From an uncultured bacterium (lineage in GTDB: Bacteria; JAGOEH01): 33,514 nt of DNA. Shown here one piece after another: positions 1-9,545 of this stretch. The notes under the pieces are model-generated. The model was not told the origin of the DNA. It did not search any database and saw only the letters and a program-made list of their open reading frames with translations. The position numbers and the translations under genes were made by a program. Position 1 is the stretch's first letter, and each line of letters opens with the position of its first letter. The stretch spans positions 184,690 to 218,203 of the forward strand of contig CAZWDO010000003.1 of the NCBI GenBank assembly GCA_964632485.1, read 5' to 3'.

Positions 1-513
1 ATCTCACTTTACAATGGACAGATTTATCTGGGCGCTGTTTGTTTTATCATTACGGGCGCTCTTTTGGGTTTTTTGCCTCATAACTATCCTCAGGCCAGAA
101 TTTTCATGGGTGATTGCGGCAGCCAGGTCCTTGGCTTTATTTTAGGAGGCATTGCCGTTGTCGGCAATTGGAAAACTAGTAGTATCGGATTATCGGTATC
201 GATTCCGATTCTGGTGTTGGCATATCCGGTTTTCGATGTCGTTTTGGTTGTTATCAACCGTATTCTGGATAAACGCCCGATTTGGGTTGGCGGCAAAGAT
301 CATTCGTCCCATCGTTTAGTCAAACTGGGTTTGAGGCCGGTTGACGCTGTATTTTTTTTGTATTTTGTAACGTTCTATACGGGGTTTTCGGCTTTTTTTT
401 TAACAATGATCGATTTTAAACAAGCCCTCAAAATGCTTGTGTTTATCCTGGGGATACTATTAGTTTTGGGAATTCGACTCAGTCGGGTGGAAATAAATGA
501 AACTTCGTATTGA
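1..513 (+). CDS. MraY/WecA-family (glycosyltransferase family 4) undecaprenyl-phosphate sugar-1-phosphate transferase, 5'-truncated by the window edge
   Basis: Frame is open from base 1 (ISLYNGQIYLGAVCFIITGALLGFLPHN...). Family motifs FLPHNYPQARIFMGDCGS and GKDHSSHRL; multiple hydrophobic helices. Confidence 0.88.
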   Translation: MSLYNGQIYLGAVCFIITGALLGFLPHNYPQARIFMGDCGSQVLGFILGGIAVVGNWKTSSIGLSVSIPILVLAYPVFDVVLVVINRILDKRPIWVGGKDHSSHRLVKLGLRPVDAVFFLYFVTFYTGFSAFFLTMIDFKQALKMLVFILGILLVLGIRLSRVEINETSY

Positions 514-2590
514 ACGGCTTGTTCTTTTAAGCTTCGACACCCTTTTAATGATTGCCGGCCTGTATATGGCCTACTTACTGCGGTTCGATTTCAGTATTCC
601 TATTGATTACCTGCAACAACTTTATCTTTTAGTCCCGGCTCTTGTTTGGGTACGTTTTTCAACGATTTCTTATTATCAGGGATATCGCGTTTTGCTCCGT
701 TTCTTTTCGTATGCCGATCTGATCCTGTTTATTAAGCCTTTTTTGCTGGGTACTGTCTTGTTGATTTTTATCAATATTTTCCGTAACATTTATTTCATGT
801 TGGTTCTTTTAGGCGGACTTACCTATTTGAATCATAAAAAAGTGACCATTGTTTTTTACCTTGAGCGTTTGAAAAAAGTTCGACTGATGCGCTTCCCCTT
901 TTTTTTCATTATTTTTGTTTTTTTGAGTGGTTTATATTGGCTCAATCTTTATTATAACGAACAACTGATTCCCTTTAAAGAATTGCTTCGGAGCACCTTC
1001 ATTTTTTCTAATTATCCTTCAGAGAAGGCGATTCCACGTACGATTATTTTAATGGAGATGGCGCTTAATTTCTGGTTACTGATGATGATGCGTGTGACTT
1101 ACCGCTATTTGCATGAAAAACGGGAATTGGAACAGCCGGTGGCGTTACCGACACTTATTTATGGCGCCAATCAGTGGGGGGCCCAATTGGCAAGTCAATT
1201 GCAACTACTGGAAGGTGAACAAGCGGCAAAATTGATGGGATTTATCGATGATCGTTCGGAACTATGGGGACAACGTGTGGGTGATGGCCTGGTTGTCTGG
1301 GGCGGACAGGAAATCCTGGGTTCTCTGGTCGAACGATTCAAAATCGCTCAAATTATTGTAGCTAATCCAAATTTCCGGGGCGAAAAATTGGAAACTCTGA
1401 TTAAACGCGCCGGTGAATTGGAAATTAAGGTCCAAATTATTCCCGAAGAAGACAGTGATATTCAAAAAGGTAAAATGCGGTTGATACGGAATGTCCGTAT
1501 TGAGGACCTGCTTGACCGCAAAATCCAGCATACTGTTCAGGAACTTAATCTGGCGGTTATTGAATCTAAAGTCGTCTTAATCACTGGCGCGGGCGGTTCC
1601 ATCGGCTCCGAATTAACTCGGCAAATAGCGGATTATCATCCCGCTAAAATTTTATTGCTTGGTAAAGGCGAAAATAGTATCTACCATATCCATAATGAAA
1701 TTGTCAACCGTTTCCCCGAAATCGAGTGTATCCCCCTTATTGCCGACGTTTGTGATACGGCCCGTATTCAAACAATTTTTAATCAGTTTCATCCCCATCT
1801 GGTATTCCATGCGGCCGCTCATAAACATGTCCCTTTGATGGAAGCCAATCCTGGGGAGGCTTTGAAAAATAATTTTTTAGGAACGATTCGACTGGCGCAG
1901 ATTGCCGATTTATATCATGTTGAACGGTTTATTTTTATTTCCACTGACAAGGCCGTCAATCCCGCCAACATTATGGGAGCCTCGAAACGGCTGGCTGAAA
2001 TTTTTTTATTAAGCGTGATGAGCCACAGCCAAACCCAATTCATCATTGTCCGTTTTGGGAATGTGTTGGGATCCCGTGGGTCCGTTGTCCCCCTTTTCCT
2101 TGAGCAAATACGATTGGGTGGGCCTTTGACCGTTACAGACCCTCAAGTGTTTCGCTATTTTATCACTATTCCTGAAGCGGTCCGATTAGTACTCAAGAGC
2201 GCGGAAGTTGGGCATAACAGCAATATTTTTATTTTGGACATGGGCCAGCAAATCAATATACTCAAATTGGCTGAAAACCTGATTTATCTGGCCGGATTGC
2301 GTCCCTATCAGGATATTCCTATCCAATTCACGGGTTTGAGACCGGGTGAAAAACTGACTGAAGAATTAGTAACCCGTCATGAAAGCGTCCACCCGACTCC
2401 ATATCCCGGACTTTTTCAGACTTCCGGGACGATTCCCGACTCTACGATTGTGCTCAATTTGAAAGAGGAACTCGAATCTCAAATTGTTGTTGAAAATACG
2501 GAACAATGTTATCTATTGTTGCAGAAAATGTTTCCGGGCCTGAAATTTAAAACAACTTCTAAATCTAAACGCTTGACATCTGATGCTTGA
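497..2590 (+). CDS. Membrane-bound nucleoside-diphosphate-sugar 4,6-dehydratase (CapD/PglF/WbpM family)
   Basis: N-terminal TM helices; IEDLLDR, GAGGSIG Rossmann motif, FHAAAHKHVP, ISTDKAVNP, MGASKR, VRFGNVLGSRGSV, GLRPGEKL. Confidence 0.93.
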   Translation: MKLRIERLVLLSFDTLLMIAGLYMAYLLRFDFSIPIDYLQQLYLLVPALVWVRFSTISYYQGYRVLLRFFSYADLILFIKPFLLGTVLLIFINIFRNIYFMLVLLGGLTYLNHKKVTIVFYLERLKKVRLMRFPFFFIIFVFLSGLYWLNLYYNEQLIPFKELLRSTFIFSNYPSEKAIPRTIILMEMALNFWLLMMMRVTYRYLHEKRELEQPVALPTLIYGANQWGAQLASQLQLLEGEQAAKLMGFIDDRSELWGQRVGDGLVVWGGQEILGSLVERFKIAQIIVANPNFRGEKLETLIKRAGELEIKVQIIPEEDSDIQKGKMRLIRNVRIEDLLDRKIQHTVQELNLAVIESKVVLITGAGGSIGSELTRQIADYHPAKILLLGKGENSIYHIHNEIVNRFPEIECIPLIADVCDTARIQTIFNQFHPHLVFHAAAHKHVPLMEANPGEALKNNFLGTIRLAQIADLYHVERFIFISTDKAVNPANIMGASKRLAEIFLLSVMSHSQTQFIIVRFGNVLGSRGSVVPLFLEQIRLGGPLTVTDPQVFRYFITIPEAVRLVLKSAEVGHNSNIFILDMGQQINILKLAENLIYLAGLRPYQDIPIQFTGLRPGEKLTEELVTRHESVHPTPYPGLFQTSGTIPDSTIVLNLKEELESQIVVENTEQCYLLLQKMFPGLKFKTTSKSKRLTSDA

Positions 2591-5500
2591 GAATTTCCAA
2601 CAACAATTACGGCTGCATCCCCATTTTGAATTGGTGTGTCAAACGCTCCTTACAGATAACCGCGCTGCCATTTATGGTTTGAAGGGGGCGGCGACTTCAT
2701 TTTGGATAGCCATGATCGCCCAGCGACTTGCGAAAAGTTGCCTGATTATTGTCCCGGAAGAGTATATTTCGATCATACAAGGAGATTTGGAAGAATTAAC
2801 TGATTGGTTAATTCTTTGCTACCCTTCCCGGGGAGTTGGTATTTACGATGATTTTATTCCGGATCATCACCAGGAATTGGAGCGGCTTCATACTCTTTAT
2901 CATTTAACAGATCATCAAGAACCCATGCTGGTGTTGTCTACGGCAACGGCAATTCTTGAAAAGACGCTGCCTCCGGAGATTTTTAGAAACTATTCGGTCG
3001 ATTTAAAAAAAGGTGAAAATGTTGATTTTGAGTTTTTAAGTGAACTGCTCCATGAATTAGGTTACAATCGCACTGACTGGGTTCGACAAAGCGGGGAGTA
3101 CGCCATTCGGGGCGGATTGATCGATTTATTTCCTCCTCATGAAAATTCTCCGGTTCGAGTGGTGTTTGATGCTGATTCGATCGAATCCCTGCGTTATTTC
3201 GATGAGCAAACGCAGCGTTCGACTAGCGATCTCCATTTTTTAAAATTATATCCGTGTCATGAAATCATTTTCGATGAGGGTTTTGTAGATAAGCTCTCTC
3301 AGCGTTTGATAGAGTCTGACGGACATCGGCATGAAACGCTTTATGCCCGTTTAACAGAAAAATTCAAATCAAACGATATTTTTCCGGGAATTCATAAATA
3401 TCTTGCGTTGTATTATCCCCAACTTTCGGCTTTCCATCAGTATCTGCCCCCAAACACCCCTGTTTTTTGGTTAAATGCTCCGCTAATTGAAAAGGAATGG
3501 AACGATCATTATGAGCGGTTATTCCAACAATATGAAAGTAAAACAAAATTGGATCCATTTTTATCTTCGGTGGAGCAGATGGTCCTCTCCTTCAAAACAG
3601 TCAGAGATCAGTTGATTTTAAATCCCAATGTTTACCTGCATGATTATTCACTGGCAGGAACTCCCTCCGCGATCCAACATGCAGTTTATGCAATAGGGCC
3701 GATGGCCGGGAATCTGGCTCATTTTAGTGAAAGAGTGCAACTCTATTCACGGCAGGGATATCGGCAGATGCTGCTGTGCGATAATGAAGGACAAATGACC
3801 CGATTAAGAGAATTAACCTCTGATTTGGATAATATGCTGGAATTGGAAGTTGGAAATCTCTCCCGGGGGTTTCGGGATTCTAATCTGAAATGGGTCGTCT
3901 ATACTGATCATGAATTGTTTTCACGTTTAACTCGACCAAAAAGTCGTCGCCGTTTGCATGATTTGCAGAATCGGATCGATTTGCCGACTTTATCGGTTGA
4001 TGATTATGTCGTCCATGTCGATTACGGGATTGGACAGTTTAAGGGATTGAAACGGATTACCTTGCAGGATAGCGCCTATGATTGTCTTTATATCCAGTAT
4101 TGGGGAGATGATAAAATTTACCTTCCCGTGGATCAAATCAATCGTATTGAGAAGTATTCCAATAAAGATATTCTACCTCCAGTTATCCATAAATTGGGGA
4201 ATTCGCAGTGGATAAAAACCCGTGAAAAAACGCGTCAGGCGATTATGGAAATGGCTCAGGAACTATTGGAATTATATGCTATCCGCAAAACCCGTCCGGG
4301 GTATCAATTCGCGGCAGATGACTGGCGTCAGAAGGAGATGGAAACTTCATTTATATACGATGAAACCGATGGCCAGTTGAAAGCCTTGCAGGATGTCAAA
4401 CGCGATATGGAAGCCCTCTATCCGATGGATCGCTTAATTTGTGGTGATGTAGGATTTGGCAAGACAGAAGTTGCTATCCGGGCGGCTTTTAAAGCAGTAG
4501 CCAGCGGCAAGCAGGTCGCTGTTCTGGTGCCGACGACTATTTTGGCGCAACAGCATCACACTACGTTCAGCGAACGATTAGCGCCTTTTAAACTTAAAAT
4601 CGGAATGGTGAGTCGTTTCGTTCCCGAAAAAGAGCAAAAACAGCTCCTGGCAGCGCTTAAAGCCAATGAGCTTGATATTATAATCGGCACTCACCGTCTG
4701 CTTTCCGGGGATTTGAAGTTTCATGATTTGGGGCTTTTAATTATTGACGAGGAACAACGCTTTGGCGTTAAACAAAAAGAACGTATCAAGCGATTTCGTT
4801 CTGCAGTCGATGTCTTGGCTCTAAGCGCTACGCCTATTCCCCGCACTTTAAATCTCTCATTGATGGGAGCAAGGGATATTTCAGTCATTGAGACACCGCC
4901 CCGGCAGCGGCTGGCTATTCATACGGAAGTGATTTATTTTGATTATGATACCATAAGGGATGCTATTTTGCGTGAAATCCACCGGGGTGGCCAGGTTTTT
5001 TTCGTGCATAACCGCATTCAGACTCTTTATGAATTGGTACCCCTGCTCAAGGAAATTGTTCCCGGGATCTGCTTGGGAGTCGCTCATGGGCAAATGGATT
5101 CAGTTATCCTGGAAGATGTAATGATGAAATTTCTCAATAAAGAAATAGATTTGCTGTTAGCGACTATGATCATTGAAAACGGTTTGGATATTCCCAATGT
5201 GAACACTATTCTCATTGATTTAGCTGAACGAATGGGACTTGCGCAGCTTTATCAGCTTCGTGGACGGGTCGGCCGGTCTAATCTTCAGGCTTACGCTTAT
5301 TTGATAGTCCCGCCTGTCGATCAATTAACACCCGAAGCGATTCGACGAATTGAAGCCATTAAGGAATTTACAGAATTAGGTTCAGGGTTGGCTCTGGCTA
5401 TGCGGGATATGGAGATCCGAGGTATTGGCAATGTATTGGGGCCTCAGCAGCACGGTTTTGTAACTTCTATCGGGTATGAGCTATATTGTCGGATGTTGGA

Positions 5501-6011
5501 CGAAACCGTCCGCGCCGTACAGGGGAATCCGGAAACTCAAATCCGTCTGCCGGAAATCCAGGTCAAGCTGGCTGCCTATTTGGATTCGAGTTATATCAAT
5601 ATCGATTTGTTACGTGTCCATTTCTATCAGCGCTTGTATAAAATTCGCAAAAGAGAGGAACTGGTCGAATTGGAAGATGAATTATGTGATCGATTTGGAA
5701 AATTGCCGTTAACTGCTTCCAATTTGTTATTAAAAGCTCAATTGGCGTTGAGCGCTCGCTACCTTCTGTTTGACAAAATTAGTATTCAGCCTGAACGGAT
5801 ACGTGGTATTTATTCTCCCGAACGAATTCCCCGGCAGGAAGTTTTAATCCGCATCCTTGCAGCCACACCTGTCCCGGTAGTCGTTAAATCATCCGATATT
5901 TATGCCTTGGATTTTACACTGCGAAACGTAAAAGATCTGATCACCATGATGAGACGGGCGATAGAAATGTTTGACCAGATCTATAGCCGGCTGGAACTGG
6001 AAGCTGAATGA
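2583..6011 (+). CDS. mfd: Transcription-repair coupling factor
   Basis: UvrB-like segment (GEYAIRGGLIDLFP), CarD/RID segment (VVHVDYGIGQFKG), helicase motifs GDVGFGKTEVA, DEEQRFG, SATPIPRT, QLRGRVGR, TRG motif RDMEIRG; 1142 aa. Confidence 0.98.
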   Translation: MLENFQQQLRLHPHFELVCQTLLTDNRAAIYGLKGAATSFWIAMIAQRLAKSCLIIVPEEYISIIQGDLEELTDWLILCYPSRGVGIYDDFIPDHHQELERLHTLYHLTDHQEPMLVLSTATAILEKTLPPEIFRNYSVDLKKGENVDFEFLSELLHELGYNRTDWVRQSGEYAIRGGLIDLFPPHENSPVRVVFDADSIESLRYFDEQTQRSTSDLHFLKLYPCHEIIFDEGFVDKLSQRLIESDGHRHETLYARLTEKFKSNDIFPGIHKYLALYYPQLSAFHQYLPPNTPVFWLNAPLIEKEWNDHYERLFQQYESKTKLDPFLSSVEQMVLSFKTVRDQLILNPNVYLHDYSLAGTPSAIQHAVYAIGPMAGNLAHFSERVQLYSRQGYRQMLLCDNEGQMTRLRELTSDLDNMLELEVGNLSRGFRDSNLKWVVYTDHELFSRLTRPKSRRRLHDLQNRIDLPTLSVDDYVVHVDYGIGQFKGLKRITLQDSAYDCLYIQYWGDDKIYLPVDQINRIEKYSNKDILPPVIHKLGNSQWIKTREKTRQAIMEMAQELLELYAIRKTRPGYQFAADDWRQKEMETSFIYDETDGQLKALQDVKRDMEALYPMDRLICGDVGFGKTEVAIRAAFKAVASGKQVAVLVPTTILAQQHHTTFSERLAPFKLKIGMVSRFVPEKEQKQLLAALKANELDIIIGTHRLLSGDLKFHDLGLLIIDEEQRFGVKQKERIKRFRSAVDVLALSATPIPRTLNLSLMGARDISVIETPPRQRLAIHTEVIYFDYDTIRDAILREIHRGGQVFFVHNRIQTLYELVPLLKEIVPGICLGVAHGQMDSVILEDVMMKFLNKEIDLLLATMIIENGLDIPNVNTILIDLAERMGLAQLYQLRGRVGRSNLQAYAYLIVPPVDQLTPEAIRRIEAIKEFTELGSGLALAMRDMEIRGIGNVLGPQQHGFVTSIGYELYCRMLDETVRAVQGNPETQIRLPEIQVKLAAYLDSSYINIDLLRVHFYQRLYKIRKREELVELEDELCDRFGKLPLTASNLLLKAQLALSARYLLFDKISIQPERIRGIYSPERIPRQEVLIRILAATPVPVVVKSSDIYALDFTLRNVKDLITMMRRAIEMFDQIYSRLELEAE

Positions 6012-6757
6012 ATCTGCCCAAACGTTGGGAAAAGGAAATTCAATTATTGCGGCATAAAAAGTATCGCATCGCATTGGGTAAGACAGTTATTGAAGGAAAA
6101 CGGCTTGTTGGAGAAGCGCTGGTTTATGCCCGCCCGCAAATCCATTTTTTGCTGGCGCATGAATCGTGGGATTCCTGGGTTGCACAATTTGCATGTGATA
6201 TTCCGGTTTATCGTTGCCACGATATATTGTGGAGCCGGTTGAGTATAGACCAGGCTCCCTCCCGATTACTGGCGCTTATTGATTATGCGCCCAGCCAAAC
6301 CTTGCCGGCGAATATGGCGGAGCGCATAGTCATTGCCAACCATTTGCAGGATCCGGGTAATCTTGGAACGTTGTTGAGAAGCGCTGAGGCATTCGGATGT
6401 GATCTGGTTATTACTGATTCTCAAACAGTTAGCTCTGATAATCCAAAGGTGATTAAAGCCTCCATGGGCTCGGTTTTCCGGTTAAATTTAATAGAAAACC
6501 AGAGTTTTAATTCGGTTTTTTCTTATTTGGCTCGCATTCCCCTTTATGGTTTATCTGCCCATAGAGGAGATTCCATTTGGGAATTGAAATCAAGGGATAA
6601 ATGGGCATTAATTGTTGGGAATGAAGGTAATGGTATTTCCGATGAGTGGTTGCCTCATATCCGGCCACTGACAATTCCATTGTCTGGCGCTGTTGAATCC
6701 CTCAATGCCGCCCACAGCGTTTCTATCGCTTTAGCGATTCTCAACCGTCCCCTTTAA
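6008..6757 (+). CDS. TrmH/SpoU-family RNA 2'-O-methyltransferase
   Basis: SPOUT motifs QDPGNLGTLLRSA, GNEGNGI, IPLSGAVESLN; ATGA overlap with the mfd stop. Confidence 0.93.
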   Translation: MNLPKRWEKEIQLLRHKKYRIALGKTVIEGKRLVGEALVYARPQIHFLLAHESWDSWVAQFACDIPVYRCHDILWSRLSIDQAPSRLLALIDYAPSQTLPANMAERIVIANHLQDPGNLGTLLRSAEAFGCDLVITDSQTVSSDNPKVIKASMGSVFRLNLIENQSFNSVFSYLARIPLYGLSAHRGDSIWELKSRDKWALIVGNEGNGISDEWLPHIRPLTIPLSGAVESLNAAHSVSIALAILNRPL

Positions 6758-6798
6758 TGCGCTTTATTTTACACCAGATGGCGCGTTAAATATTTTTC
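6753..6798 (+). terminator. Possible intrinsic terminator between the convergent TrmH-family and response-regulator genes
   Basis: Inverted repeat TTTAATGCGC (6753-6762) / GCGCGTTAAA (6781-6790; one G-U pair), 18-nt loop, followed by a T run. Confidence 0.4.
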
Positions 6799-6827
6799 TA
6801 CTTTGAAACGATTGATAGTTACAAATT

Positions 6828-7820
6828 TTAAAGAAATTTGCTGATTTTGTCTTCCAATACCTTGCGGTCAATGGGTTTTTTAATGAATTCGTTAATGCCG
6901 GCCTGGTGCGCTTCTATAATCGTCACTTTGTCTAATTGCGAAGCCGTCATTAGCAGAGGAATATCTTTATACTGGGGATATTTGGTAATAAATGATTGAT
7001 GCCGTATTATTTTGGCAAAATCAAGGCCATTGATTCCGCTGAGGTCTTTATCAATAGATATAAGGGATATTCGGGGAAGCTGGCTATTGGTCGCATATTT
7101 TTCAAGAATTTTCAGCGCTTCTTTTGCATCTTTGGCTTCAATAACGTTCCGGAAATTTAAAGATTCCAGATTGGATTGCAAAATTTTACGATGGGTCAGG
7201 GAATCGTCGACCACAAGAATGGCGGCGCCAAATTGCTTTTCCTCTTCATCGCGGACGACCCCTCGTAAATTATCCTGCAATTCATTGGCCAGTTTATAAA
7301 GCTCTCTGGATTGTTGAAGACTATTTTGAACCGATTCCAATTGTTGTATGAAATAGTCGCGATTCGCGCTTATCGCCTGCAACCATTCATTAAACATCCC
7401 TTCCTCTTTAATTAAACCCACGAGTTGGGGTATAATATTGATCACATCTTCCGCTTCATTGGCGTTAAGATTCTGTGTTAAATAGTCGTCAACCATTCCT
7501 TTAATTGAATAGAGGGTTGTTTTAATGCGATTGAGCTCTTCACGTGTTTCTTTTAGAGCAAGTTCATTTTTAAAATTTCCACTATAGGAATACCCGCTAC
7601 CGCCTGCCGCAGGAGTCGATGCCGATGATTGCCCAGTAGGGGCGGAACTTGCTGATGAAACGGATTTGATTTTAGATGGCGGAGAAACCGGCGCTGAGGG
7701 ATTTTCCGAACCTTTGGCCACTTTTTGAAACACGTCAGATTGCATCGCAGCCAGTCCGGTTTGCATCCCCTGACTTTCAAATAATTTTTCAAGTTGTTTA
7801 AGCTTATCTTTTTTTTCCAT
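6828..7820 (-). CDS. Response regulator with N-terminal low-complexity/coiled-coil region and C-terminal CheY-like receiver domain
   Basis: ILVVDDS, candidate phosphoacceptor Asp in LISIDKDL, INGLDF, LLMTA, AGINEFIKKP; GGGAG RBS on the minus strand at 7827-7831. Confidence 0.85.
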   Translation of the reverse strand: MEKKDKLKQLEKLFESQGMQTGLAAMQSDVFQKVAKGSENPSAPVSPPSKIKSVSSASSAPTGQSSASTPAAGGSGYSYSGNFKNELALKETREELNRIKTTLYSIKGMVDDYLTQNLNANEAEDVINIIPQLVGLIKEEGMFNEWLQAISANRDYFIQQLESVQNSLQQSRELYKLANELQDNLRGVVRDEEEKQFGAAILVVDDSLTHRKILQSNLESLNFRNVIEAKDAKEALKILEKYATNSQLPRISLISIDKDLSGINGLDFAKIIRHQSFITKYPQYKDIPLLMTASQLDKVTIIEAHQAGINEFIKKPIDRKVLEDKISKFL

Positions 7821-7913
7821 CAGCTACTCCCTGAAACCGGGAACTTTCTTCCCGGATATGAGGTTTATTCAATTAATATCATCGAATGATAGTTTCTTGC
7901 TGGGTCTGTTTGT

Positions 7914-7941
7914 AATATAATTGCTTTTGCTTTTTTGTCAA
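7914..7941 (-). promoter_or_regulatory. Sigma-70-type promoter for the response regulator
   Basis: Minus strand TTGACA (7941-7936), 16-nt spacer, TATATT (7919-7914). Confidence 0.55.
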
Positions 7942-7954
7942 TAGAAAAATTATG

Positions 7955-7982
7955 TTGACAATAAAAAAAAAATATGTATCTT
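7955..7982 (+). promoter_or_regulatory. Sigma-70-type promoter for the 8016 gene
   Basis: TTGACA (7955-7960), 16-nt spacer, TATCTT (7977-7982). Confidence 0.55.
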
Positions 7983-8015
7983 ATTATGAATCTAATTATA
8001 AAAGAGGAGTTGGTG

Positions 8016-8438
8016 ATGAAAAAGACACTATTCATGATTTTAATGGTTACAAGCATTAGTTTGGCTGATTTGCCATTAATGAGGCCCGGAATGAACCCTT
8101 GGTCACTGCTCTCTTCATTTAAAACAGACAACCTTAAAATCAATCATAGCTATTCAATGGTATATTCCAGCGGTAGCTGGAACTCCGGTTTAACGGGTCG
8201 ATATTTGAACCAATTTCAATACCAGTTCAAAATACCTTTAAAAATTGATGTTACCTGGGGAATTGAGAAATCATTCAGCGGGTTTGAACACCAGCAAAAC
8301 CCAAGGTTTGTTTTACCCCAATTCCGAATGACGGCGCAACCCTGGAAAAATGTGTGGATTCAATTTGAGTATCGTCAAATTCAGACTCCTTTCGGGGGTC
8401 CGACCTATTGGTATGACGATCCGAATTTTATTTATTAG
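8016..8438 (+). CDS. Hypothetical secreted beta-strand-rich protein (start revised from 7974)
   Basis: GAGGAG RBS upstream of ATG 8016; signal peptide MKKTLFMILMVTSISLA; alternating aromatic/polar strands (HSYSMVYSS, YLNQFQYQF, VWIQFEYRQ). Confidence 0.7.
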   Translation: MKKTLFMILMVTSISLADLPLMRPGMNPWSLLSSFKTDNLKINHSYSMVYSSGSWNSGLTGRYLNQFQYQFKIPLKIDVTWGIEKSFSGFEHQQNPRFVLPQFRMTAQPWKNVWIQFEYRQIQTPFGGPTYWYDDPNFIY

Positions 8439-8537
8439 GAATGCAGACGCTGTTTATGCTTCGGAATATTTGGATGGGGTTCGTTTGAACTCGTTTAGAT
8501 TACTCAACCCCTTTTTTTACGCCGGTATTAATACAAA

Positions 8538-8954
8538 ATGAAAGTACGGATCTCCCTTATTGAATTCCAGACATTTCGTGAACAGGGGAGAAATTTTTTA
8601 ATTTTTTTGCTGATTTTGATTTCGTGGGGTTGGTTGATCGTTTTTACGCTACAAAGTGAGAGGACTCGCGATCATACTTTGTTGTTCAAAGTTGAAATAT
8701 TGAATGGGAGTGGGGTTGATGGAGCCGCGCGGCAATTAATGTACCGCATTATTAATGGGGGAGGAGATGTTCTTGGCGTCGAAACTTATCGGATGAACAC
8801 GATTGAACATACGCTCATTTTATCTCGTAAGGCGAATTGTCAATCTGCGAGCATTGTTCGTGGGCTGCTTCATTCGGGGCGGATGATTCACATCGAGGAT
8901 GCAGGCATCTATGATGTAACAATTGTTTTAGGAAAGGACCTGGCTGAACCATGA
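8538..8954 (+). CDS. Membrane-anchored LytR C-terminal (LytR_C) domain protein
   Basis: Single TM helix followed by VEILNGSGVDGAA and terminal DVTIVLGKD, the LytR_C signature; sits just before rsfS. Confidence 0.8.
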   Translation: MKVRISLIEFQTFREQGRNFLIFLLILISWGWLIVFTLQSERTRDHTLLFKVEILNGSGVDGAARQLMYRIINGGGDVLGVETYRMNTIEHTLILSRKANCQSASIVRGLLHSGRMIHIEDAGIYDVTIVLGKDLAEP

Positions 8955-9307
8955 GTAATGAAACTCTTGATTTATCTATAATATTAGAAATCTTAGAAGA
9001 CAAAAAGGCGGAACAAATCCGCGTATATGATGTTGGAGATCAACTTGGAATTGTGGGATATTTTATATTCTGTTCGGGTAATACGGACGCGCATACTCGG
9101 GCGATTGCCGGTTATTGTGAACAGGAATTAGCTAAGGAAGGCGAACGATTGGCGTATAAAGAAGGTGTCCAATCGGGGCGCTGGATTGTTTTGGATTATA
9201 TGGATTTTGTTATCCACATTTTTCAACCTTCAGTCCGTGAATACTATCGGATAGATTCTATTTGGCAGGACCGCTTAGTGGAAGTTTCCGCTGCTCCAGC
9301 AACTTGA
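8951..9307 (+). CDS. rsfS: Ribosome silencing factor (Iojap/RsfS)
   Basis: EDKKAEQI, YFIFCSG, WIVLDYMDFVIHIF, REYYRIDSIW. Confidence 0.95.
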   Translation: MSNETLDLSIILEILEDKKAEQIRVYDVGDQLGIVGYFIFCSGNTDAHTRAIAGYCEQELAKEGERLAYKEGVQSGRWIVLDYMDFVIHIFQPSVREYYRIDSIWQDRLVEVSAAPAT

Positions 9308-9407
9308 GTTTACCTTCCCGTAAAAAAAGATTATGCTCTTTTTTTATTAATATTTATCAATTAGATTCGCTTTATAAAAAAGTTAACATATAAATTTAAA
9401 AAAAAGC

Positions 9408-9436
9408 TTGACAACACTCACAAAATTTAATATATT
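9408..9436 (+). promoter_or_regulatory. Sigma-70 promoter of the rplM operon
   Basis: TTGACA (9408-9413), 17-nt spacer, TATATT (9431-9436); A-tract (UP-element-like) just upstream. Confidence 0.75.
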
Positions 9437-9545
9437 TATACGTTAACATGTTGAGTTTCCCATTCCGTTGGTCGAAATTGTAAGAAACCGCTGAATTGTA
9501 GTGGTTTAGAACATGCGTAAACCCTTTAAAACAGGAGGAACTATT

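Noticed and set aside
8476-8518. Terminator GGGGTT...AACCCC followed by T7
   Set aside because: Only a 6-bp stem around a 24-nt loop; too weak to call.
9322-9345. AAAAAAAGA / TCTTTTTTT inverted repeat after rsfS
   Set aside because: Almost entirely A-T pairs, expected by chance in this AT-rich spacer.
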